A DNA stretch of 64,000 nucleotides. Source: a virus. The stretch lies in the IMG/VR virus record IMGVR_UViG_3300042892_002114, positions 1 to 64,000 of that record; one strand, 5' to 3'. The notes under the pieces were generated by a model that saw nothing but the letters and a program-made list of their open reading frames with translations, was not told where the DNA came from and made no database searches. The position numbers and the translations under genes were made by a program. Below are positions 56,739 through 64,000 of the stretch, one piece after another; position 1 is the first letter of the stretch; each line of letters opens with the position of its first letter.

Positions 56739-58069
56739 CTAGAGATCTTGAATGCGGTTGGAACAGTGAATGTCATTATAGAGCCACTTTGCTCTGAACG
56801 AATTTCTACCTTGTAATATCTTTCTTGAGGAAGACCGGTTGTATCCAACATAAAATAATTTCCATATGAATCAAAACTTAATCTGGTATATTCGTCATAT
56901 GGCAATACAGAATCTTCGGTTTCAGCGTCTTTAATAGAATAGAAACTTGAACTTGGTAAATAATACGGAGTCAAATAGTCTGAAAGTTTGTTTGTAAATG
57001 TTTTTTGTGGATAACGCTTTCTTGAAGTTACATCCATTCTTAAAATAGAACCGTGCTTATATTCTTTAGCAAGGTTCTTCATATTAACAACGGCGTCTCT
57101 CAATTGAATTGGGTCAGCACTACCGGTTTCTATTAACGCATCATTCCAAGCAACATCAATGTATGGAGAATATATTGTATTGGTTTCTTTGGAGAAGAAT
57201 CTTAATTTCCCATAATCAATAGAACTTGATTCATCGCTATGTAATACAATCAATCCGTTATTTTCAATTCCACCTGTTAGCCATGCTTCTACGATTGGGG
57301 TTACATCCATACGAACATCGCTGGTTTGATAATCAAACGATTGAGTGCAAGCATATCCTCCGGTAACTGGTGCTATATAAGATGAAGTTGCTGGTGGAAC
57401 ATAAGTGTCGTCGCAATTTGGAAACGGATTATATGGATTGTTGTATGGAAGTTGAGCATATCCAGAACCAGAACCTAGCAAGCTTGCAGAAATCCACCAA
57501 ACACCACCGCCGCTACAATCGGTTAAAGAACCAGTTGTCCATTTTTCAGAGAATCCATCAACAAACTTCCAATTTGCTCCATCCGACGCAGATTGACCAT
57601 CGTACTTATATCCAGAACCCATTCCCCAAGATTGAGAAATTGGATATGCAGCAAGTGTGTATTTTACAGGAACTTCTTTAGATTCGCATGTTTTTAGAAC
57701 AAGATAAAAGCGAGGATTTACTATCTTGTTACATACTATAGAAGATGATATATCACTCAAATCAAATTGTAATAATGCTCTTGATAATACAGAACCTTGA
57801 GTAACTTGACTGGTTTGGATATATGAACTTGATATAACCTTCGGGTCGGTTGAACCTGAATCAAAGGAAGCGGACATCGAACCGCTTAAAAGTTCAATGC
57901 TTGAACTGGTGAATGAAATTGGTGTGGAATATGTTCCCTTACTTGAGCAACTAGCATAAGATACCCGTTTTTCCACTTCAATAATTTCGTCCAACCCCAT
58001 GTTCTTGAACATATATGACGGATCGTTGCTGATGGTGGTGTCTTTGGTTGGATATAAAAAGTAATGCAT
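56735..58069 (-). CDS. Structural protein with DNRLRE-like domain
   Basis: KDTTIS, SRALLQFDLS, DVT.IV.AW, NNGLIV, FFSKET...PYI. Confidence 0.55.
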   Translation of the reverse strand: MHYFLYPTKDTTISNDPSYMFKNMGLDEIIEVEKRVSYASCSSKGTYSTPISFTSSSIELLSGSMSASFDSGSTDPKVISSSYIQTSQVTQGSVLSRALLQFDLSDISSSIVCNKIVNPRFYLVLKTCESKEVPVKYTLAAYPISQSWGMGSGYKYDGQSASDGANWKFVDGFSEKWTTGSLTDCSGGGVWWISASLLGSGSGYAQLPYNNPYNPFPNCDDTYVPPATSSYIAPVTGGYACTQSFDYQTSDVRMDVTPIVEAWLTGGIENNGLIVLHSDESSSIDYGKLRFFSKETNTIYSPYIDVAWNDALIETGSADPIQLRDAVVNMKNLAKEYKHGSILRMDVTSRKRYPQKTFTNKLSDYLTPYYLPSSSFYSIKDAETEDSVLPYDEYTRLSFDSYGNYFMLDTTGLPQERYYKVEIRSEQSGSIMTFTVPTAFKISR

Positions 58070-58125
58070 ATACTATGTTCTTTACATTATAAATATACTC
58101 CCCAACCAATAAATTGAGCCTATAT

Positions 58126-60081
58126 TTATGCCACTCTGCCTACAATGTCTTTTGTGGGAAATCTTACTTCAAATATCGAAGGATCAATTGATGGATATAC
58201 CACCTTGTCTAATGTAGCTTTGACTATATCATATTCATATGGAGAATAATCACCATCTCGCAATGTTAAATTTTTGATTTTCAATGAAGAAACGGATTGC
58301 ACTCCATCAATCTTGGCAATCTCCAGCTCAAGGCGACTCAAATTAATTGGTTGGCAAAACTGAATATTGTTGATGTCAAAGAATTGTTGAACCAAAGTCA
58401 AACAATTTGCCAACACTTCTCGCTTATTATAATTTTTATAAGCAATGATAGTGAAGTCCACTCCGATATTTATTATATATCCATCCAATAGATTTACACT
58501 GTCTGTCAACATACGATATTGATTGAGATAGTTCTTGAGATTTTGACGAATGGCTTCGTTTGTATTTATCAAACGTTGGTTCGTATCATAACCAAGCAAA
58601 TATAGATTGATGGCCGACTGGTTGTTCTGGTTGATATTCTTACGATTTGTATTTTCAGGACCAAGTGAGCTTGTAGAAAGTTGATTTGGAAATGCCTGTA
58701 TATTTGGTAAATCCAAGTTAGTATCTGCAACAGCATACGCCTTGGCAACAGAACCAAACTTTGACGGCATTGAATATGTTCTTACAACATAATCTTTTTG
58801 AGTAACTGCTCTACCTTGTGCAGAAAAACTTGATAATGCATTGTTGCGAATTTCATCATTGGTTTCCGAACCGCGACCGCCAGAAGCTGGAACCGGGTTA
58901 TTTACTTTTACAGAACGTCTGACCAAATTTGTAAGTCCCTGATCAAACACAGGTAATTCTGTGATATCTCCGAAGAATTCAACGTTGGTAATGTTCTTTA
59001 TAGTATTGGCATTAACATTGCTTTCCAATCCACCACCTGTGATATAACGAATGGTCAATGTTGTGTTGCTCGGAGCTTGTCCAAATGCCCTAGACGACAG
59101 AAAATTTGCTGGGTCGTAGTTTATGCTCTCATTTCTGAATGTGTTTGGTTTTCCAACCGTATATACGTTTGGAACAATGATTTCGTCGTCGGAGATATTT
59201 GTACCAGACCCAAACTCCAAGAATGTTGTATTGTCGGCTTGTACACCGGTAACAAACCGTTTAGATGTTCTTAAATACTTTAGTAAGAACGGAACGGTGT
59301 CTCTGTGTGAAGAAAGTGACATATCGTTTTTGTATATATTCTCACTTTCAATTGGCACCAAATCTTGTGCAAGATAATCTGTTTCATGCCACCGATTTCC
59401 GTCAGAATCATATACATCAAAAACTTCAATGATATTTGTTTCAGATAGATATATTTTATAAAATGGAGATGGTGCTGATATGCTCACAGTTTTGCTTATC
59501 AATTGACCAGAAAATGCTTCAGCGGACTTTTTTAATACATAAAATTCTGGCTGACTAGCAGCGTTGCGTTGATATACAGAAACTTCAAGCGGATCGTTCT
59601 GGGTATCTACAGTAAAGTCTACTGGTACACTAGTCAAAAATGAAACTCCGGAATCGCTAGTAGCGGACATACCGGGTTTTATGATTTGAGCATAACTCAT
59701 ATCCGGAACAATGCTACCGTCTTCTGAAATTTTTGATGGCACCAATTGATATACATCAAAATTTGTTACGCTTGGAGCGGTTGGTTTTGACTTGTAACTC
59801 AAAGAACGAGCAGAATCAATAATATTCTGACGCTCTTCTGAATTTACCAACATAGATTCTTTGAATTGATAGTCTATATAATATGATAATACGTCACCAA
59901 CATAAGCCGCCATTTCAATATACATCATGCCAGGTGAAGCATCGCTAAAATCCTTGTATGTGTTTGGATAATATGTTTTAGAAAAATCAATCAAAGACTG
60001 CTTCAATTGCGAGAAGTCCTTGCTTAGATACTTAACATCTCTTTTTCCAGGTTGAAAGGATTTTGGTGTGTCTAAAATCAT
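58126..60081 (-). CDS. gp6: Baseplate wedge protein, T4 gp6-like
   Basis: KDF..LK..LI, AAYVGDVLSYY.D, GG...ET..EIR.NA, QGRAVT.KDY. Confidence 0.85.
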   Translation of the reverse strand: MILDTPKSFQPGKRDVKYLSKDFSQLKQSLIDFSKTYYPNTYKDFSDASPGMMYIEMAAYVGDVLSYYIDYQFKESMLVNSEERQNIIDSARSLSYKSKPTAPSVTNFDVYQLVPSKISEDGSIVPDMSYAQIIKPGMSATSDSGVSFLTSVPVDFTVDTQNDPLEVSVYQRNAASQPEFYVLKKSAEAFSGQLISKTVSISAPSPFYKIYLSETNIIEVFDVYDSDGNRWHETDYLAQDLVPIESENIYKNDMSLSSHRDTVPFLLKYLRTSKRFVTGVQADNTTFLEFGSGTNISDDEIIVPNVYTVGKPNTFRNESINYDPANFLSSRAFGQAPSNTTLTIRYITGGGLESNVNANTIKNITNVEFFGDITELPVFDQGLTNLVRRSVKVNNPVPASGGRGSETNDEIRNNALSSFSAQGRAVTQKDYVVRTYSMPSKFGSVAKAYAVADTNLDLPNIQAFPNQLSTSSLGPENTNRKNINQNNQSAINLYLLGYDTNQRLINTNEAIRQNLKNYLNQYRMLTDSVNLLDGYIINIGVDFTIIAYKNYNKREVLANCLTLVQQFFDINNIQFCQPINLSRLELEIAKIDGVQSVSSLKIKNLTLRDGDYSPYEYDIVKATLDKVVYPSIDPSIFEVRFPTKDIVGRVA

Positions 60082-60482
60082 ATATTATTTGTGTTCATTC
60101 CCACTTGCAATGTTTGTTGGTCAAAAACTCCAATAGATGGAACGGTGAATACAACAGACACATCCAAGCGATTATAATTGTTATCTTTGTTATTCGCCAC
60201 TGACACAGACTGCACATTCACATAACTCATCCATTTGGCAATGTCTCTCCGAATAGTACTATCAATAATTGGAGTCATATCATCTGACATATTCTCAAAT
60301 AATACATTCCACAACCCAGATCCAAAATCTGGGTTCATTCTGCGTTCTCCCTTTTTTGTTTTTAGCAACAAATTTAAGTTGGATTTTACTTGTTCAATTA
60401 CACTGTAACTTTGGTTGAAATATCCATGTTGCCCATGAGTGATGGGAAGAACTATACCATAAGTTTGTGTTGCAGTTGCCAT
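60078..60482 (-). CDS. gp25: Baseplate gp25-like sheath initiator
   Basis: NL.LLL.T.KGER.M.PDFG.GL...LFE. Confidence 0.88.
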   Translation of the reverse strand: MATATQTYGIVLPITHGQHGYFNQSYSVIEQVKSNLNLLLKTKKGERRMNPDFGSGLWNVLFENMSDDMTPIIDSTIRRDIAKWMSYVNVQSVSVANNKDNNYNRLDVSVVFTVPSIGVFDQQTLQVGMNTNNI

Positions 60483-60484
60483 CT

Positions 60485-60934
60485 TTAAGCCGGTCTACCA
60501 GATTTTGCTTTGGCGTCAATCGCCTTCATCAATTTGGAATAGTCTCTGGTCATTGCATTTGCTACGGCGGCAACGTCCTTGTTTTCGGCCAACACTTCTT
60601 TTGGTAGATTTTTGATAGTGTCTATTGCAGATGGAATAGACACAGAACTTTCGTCCGGTATTCCTCCAACCGTCTCGTTCAATATTTGGTTAAATATTGG
60701 GTTTGAAGAAAATGTTCTTGGTGCTTGTACCGGTGCTTTCTTAATCGGCGTCTCGAAAGAAACCGATGGCTTTTTTCTTGGTGCAGCAGGTATAGTTGGT
60801 TCTTTTTCTTCGGTAATAACCGGTTGGGCGGTGATTCGCTCGGCCAATACTTCCATTAGATATTGAGGAAGAGCATTATTGATCTCTTCTCGCACAACCG
60901 TTCTTATAATTTCTACCAGTTCTTTCTTGTTCAT
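60485..60934 (-). CDS. Hypothetical protein
   Basis: 149 aa; MNKKELVEIIRTVVREE leader; TATTTAT upstream. Confidence 0.7.
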   Translation of the reverse strand: MNKKELVEIIRTVVREEINNALPQYLMEVLAERITAQPVITEEKEPTIPAAPRKKPSVSFETPIKKAPVQAPRTFSSNPIFNQILNETVGGIPDESSVSIPSAIDTIKNLPKEVLAENKDVAAVANAMTRDYSKLMKAIDAKAKSGRPA

Positions 60935-60974
60935 ATATATGATTCCTTATATAAATATAATGTGTTTTTGATAA

Positions 60975-61871
60975 TTATCCCGATGGTGGGAAACTGAATG
61001 CACTTATTTTATCATTCGTGAATGATGTAGCGCCTGAAAGTGTATTGTTTATTGGGGTAGATACCGCCGATAGATTAAGATTTGCGGTTCCACCCGAAGT
61101 ATTTTCCGACACAATACCCGAAACGCCGTCTTGAACATCGATGGTCGCACCAGATGTTGCATTTTGGATATTTCCTTGTATTCCTTGCATTTGATCCTGT
61201 AGTTTAGATATACCAGTCTGGTCCATTGCACCGTTTACCGCATCACCAACCTGGTTTTTCAAATCTCCAACCGCCTGATCTACCATATCCTCAACCAATG
61301 ACTTTAATATTGCACCGGGATTTCCGGAAGATAGTGCGGAAATTATCGCAATCGCCCCACCTACCATTGCCATGTTTATTTTAAGACCCGGTGCAAATGG
61401 CGGAACTATAGTTGTGTATTTTGTAATTTTGTCGGCAATAAACTTTGGTCCGGCACCAAGAAGAATACCGGCTTTATCCAAACCTGGAAAGCTTGGCATG
61501 TTTGGCAAATTCAAACTTGGAAGCGGTGGCAATGATGCTGCAAAATTTGGAAGAGATGTTGATAATCCCATGGTACCTGCGACACCCGACAGAGAAGTTG
61601 GACCCCCGAACGCCGCCGATATACCACCAATCGTCGTGGGAGCCCCAAAACTTGAAACAGCCCCCGACAATGTTTTTGGAACCCCGCCAATTGTTGAGGA
61701 AATTCCCGAAACAGATGCAATGGAAGATAAAGAAGAACCCGCTCCAATAGATATTGTGGGAGATTTTAACATCGACAAACCGGTGGATGTCACGCCGTTT
61801 GTCATAGCCGATAGAGACGTTGGTGGACTGGAAGACACAGTCGGTGCAGAAAATAATGGAATGTCTGGCAT
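60975..61871 (-). CDS. Gly/Ser/Pro-rich low-complexity protein after the spike gene
   Basis: 298 aa; GxPTxxxG repeats and a hydrophobic stretch. Confidence 0.6.
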   Translation of the reverse strand: MPDIPLFSAPTVSSSPPTSLSAMTNGVTSTGLSMLKSPTISIGAGSSLSSIASVSGISSTIGGVPKTLSGAVSSFGAPTTIGGISAAFGGPTSLSGVAGTMGLSTSLPNFAASLPPLPSLNLPNMPSFPGLDKAGILLGAGPKFIADKITKYTTIVPPFAPGLKINMAMVGGAIAIISALSSGNPGAILKSLVEDMVDQAVGDLKNQVGDAVNGAMDQTGISKLQDQMQGIQGNIQNATSGATIDVQDGVSGIVSENTSGGTANLNLSAVSTPINNTLSGATSFTNDKISAFSFPPSG

Positions 61872-61874
61872 ATG

Positions 61875-63302
61875 TTAATCTACCCCCCCAGCAACGAACA
61901 CTCTACCACTCATGAGTGAACTCAATTGAGAGCGAAGAGCCAGCAAACTGATCTGGGATGCTTGTAGAGACAGCAATTGCTCCGCCCACAATACTGACGC
62001 GGGTGGTAATATAGGAAGTAGGGTTGGGCCAGTTTTGGTCAAATGTAAGTGAGTCTGTAGGGCCATTAGGACTTGAATTTGTGTATTGACATTCAATAAC
62101 ATCCAATCGCACATTGAATACATCCAAGCCACCGTACTTCTTCCTAACAAAGCGGGTTCATATGTTTTTCCATGATCTCCCAAATATATCTTAGGAGAAT
62201 TTATTGTCGCCGTCTTTAATGCGGTGAGTGTCATTCTATTAACACATGATATAGAAATTGCGTCGTCACTTGTCATTCCAATGTTTTTCTTAGAGAAGAA
62301 AAACATTTCATTGGATTTGGAAGAAAGCACCAACCTATCGCTGTTTATTACGATCTGATCACCGTCCAGTTTTGGTAAACCCACCGGTTTGTTTCCACGT
62401 ATTATTGCGTTCGTTGTCGTGGGTTGAAATTTTGAAACAGTTTTGCCAGAAGTAATGTGTACGGAAGATCCATCTTTATTTATATCTTCTTCTGTATATC
62501 CCTTTGCGGTAAATCCTTCTGGATTTTTAATTGGTGCTTGACGGTTACGCAGCAGAATCATCGGATTACCACCTCCGTCAGCGTAATCATCTTTTCCATT
62601 GTCATTTCCCCTAACACCGTCATATGCTCCAAATCTTATAGAAGATCCAAATCTTGATTCTAGTATAGTATCTCCTTCATATCTTTTAATAGAGCGAATC
62701 TTTGGATTAAATTTAAAATAGTTTCCCAATACTCCTGTATAATTTTCCCCACCAAAAAAATTCATAGTAGATTTTGGACCTGTGTATGGTTCTCCGTTGT
62801 TGTATTCATCTGTATTTTGATCTACCCAACCAGACACACGCTCAGTTATAAAACTTGCATTGCTATTCACAACCGATTTGAAGTTTAATTTACGAGAATA
62901 GAAATAGCTTTCCATATATCTTCCAACAATCACCATTTCATTCATCAACGGCCACTCGGTTATACCAGTATTTTCAATTGGATATGCCCAACCAAGTTGT
63001 TCTTTATCTTTACCTCTTTCACTGTTCAAGAATCTAAATTTTATTGCACCAATTTGACCATAATCATTTGTACCGGAAACAGGTTCACTGCCATCTATGT
63101 TCGGTGGAAAATCGTTTGTATCCAATTCGTCTGTAAATGCAGGGTGTTTATCGTCCAATATAATATCCAGTACTACCGCTTCTTCCAATTCATAGAAATA
63201 ACTTGTATCAGGTTTGCGTTCAATAACAAACCTTTTTGAAGCAAGCATGTCATCTTGCTTTATGTTGAGGTCACTTCTGCGTTCTGTTTCTGTGTATGAC
63301 AT
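61875..63302 (-). CDS. Baseplate central spike/hub protein (gp5/gpV-like, no lysozyme domain)
   Basis: OB-fold-like start (AYP...P..NE.V), GDTILESRFGSSIRFG, beta-strand repeats, and HLH..TGPT apex-like motif; upstream of gp25. Confidence 0.6.
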   Translation of the reverse strand: MSYTETERRSDLNIKQDDMLASKRFVIERKPDTSYFYELEEAVVLDIILDDKHPAFTDELDTNDFPPNIDGSEPVSGTNDYGQIGAIKFRFLNSERGKDKEQLGWAYPIENTGITEWPLMNEMVIVGRYMESYFYSRKLNFKSVVNSNASFITERVSGWVDQNTDEYNNGEPYTGPKSTMNFFGGENYTGVLGNYFKFNPKIRSIKRYEGDTILESRFGSSIRFGAYDGVRGNDNGKDDYADGGGNPMILLRNRQAPIKNPEGFTAKGYTEEDINKDGSSVHITSGKTVSKFQPTTTNAIIRGNKPVGLPKLDGDQIVINSDRLVLSSKSNEMFFFSKKNIGMTSDDAISISCVNRMTLTALKTATINSPKIYLGDHGKTYEPALLGRSTVAWMYSMCDWMLLNVNTQIQVLMALQTHLHLTKTGPTLLPILPPASVLWAEQLLSLQASQISLLALRSQLSSLMSGRVFVAGGVD

Positions 63303-63682
63303 TATTTAGGTTCTGCTTTTGATTTTTCTGGAGACTTCATTGTTTTGGCGGTTTCTTCTATAGCCGACATGAGTTGCTTTTTTTCTTCTTCTGTCAATAT
63401 TGTACCACCACCTTCGCCGTCCGGTCCAACCTTACCAGACATCAATCGTTGAATAATTGCGGCAAGTTTGATTAGTTGCTCATCATTGCGCACAGACACA
63501 TCAAAATATTCTTTGAGCAACGGAACGATTGTAACAGCGTCATTTACAGTCTTGATCATGTCCTTCAAGTCGGTAATCAATATGTCCAACTGATCTTTCT
63601 TTTGTTCCGAGTTATTTATAATATCTTTACACAAAGAAGCAAAACTTTTTCCCTTGTAAATCTCAAATTCATACGTTTCCAT
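63302..63682 (-). CDS. Hypothetical protein
   Basis: 126-aa helical ORF; TATTTAT upstream. Confidence 0.7.
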   Translation of the reverse strand: METYEFEIYKGKSFASLCKDIINNSEQKKDQLDILITDLKDMIKTVNDAVTIVPLLKEYFDVSVRNDEQLIKLAAIIQRLMSGKVGPDGEGGGTILTEEEKKQLMSAIEETAKTMKSPEKSKAEPK

Positions 63683-63723
63683 GCCTATAAATAGTTATTG
63701 AGTGAGTATTTTAACGTTGGTTG

Positions 63724-64000
63724 TCAAGCATCAATACCAGTTATTTTTCCGGTGTTATAATATTCCTCTCGTATTTTACGCTGTGGCTCCATGAGCTTAT
63801 TTATAACTTTTGTAATGTGTTGAGTTTGGCAGTCTGCGATTTCTCGTATATATAGATACAATGCTTTTTTATTGAATATATCAATACGATCAGCATTTCT
63901 GAATATTTCAACAACTGCATTTGCAATCTTCAAGTCACGATCTTTGGTAAAATACTTGCCCACATTTTGGTCCCAATATTCGACCATGAGTTTGATAAAT
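63724..64000 (-). CDS. 3' end of a gene starting outside the window; possibly a sigma-like/HTH protein
   Basis: Frame is open to the window edge; NKKALYLYIRE...TQHITKVINKL looks HTH-like. The sigma-like call is a guess. Confidence 0.4.
   Translation of the reverse strand, partial: FIKLMVEYWDQNVGKYFTKDRDLKIANAVVEIFRNADRIDIFNKKALYLYIREIADCQTQHITKVINKLMEPQRKIREEYYNTGKITGIDA

Noticed and set aside
1-64000. Stop-codon reassignment, as in some large phages
   Set aside because: Conserved genes are full length under the standard code and coding density is high.
1-64000. tRNA, rRNA or group I intron
   Set aside because: Intergenic gaps are short and show no cloverleaf, and no conserved gene is broken by a non-coding insertion; only a covariance-model scan could exclude them fully.

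Overview
This 64 kb, AT-rich window is the virion-morphogenesis region of a large, lytic, T4-superfamily-like myovirus, only distantly related to T4. Almost all genes are on the minus strand. In transcription order (right to left) it holds: (1) baseplate/tail genes (gp5-like spike, gp25, gp6, gp7-like and fibre-like proteins); (2) a RuvC-like resolvase, a primase and a fused Mre11-Rad50 (gp47-gp46); (3) a five-gene glycosyltransferase/methyltransferase island including a TibC/Aah-type heptosyltransferase; (4) a 1306-aa protein with four nucleotidyltransferase domains; (5) terminase, an intein-containing portal, prohead protease, scaffold and major capsid protein; (6) neck proteins gp13/gp14 flanking an 18-repeat propeller protein, then gp15 and the start of a collagen-like fibre. 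Five free-standing homing-endonuclease-like genes are interspersed. The best candidates for new biology are the four-domain nucleotidyltransferase polyprotein with protease-type sites between domains, a possible virion glycosylation system using [ST]-[GAS]-S sequons, a conserved unannotated ~50-aa peptide overlapping two unrelated endonuclease genes, a Pro1 intein, and a late-promoter motif (TATTTAT) that is the reverse complement of the T4 late promoter core. All family assignments come from motif recognition by eye; no searches were run. No tRNA, rRNA or CRISPR array was seen.
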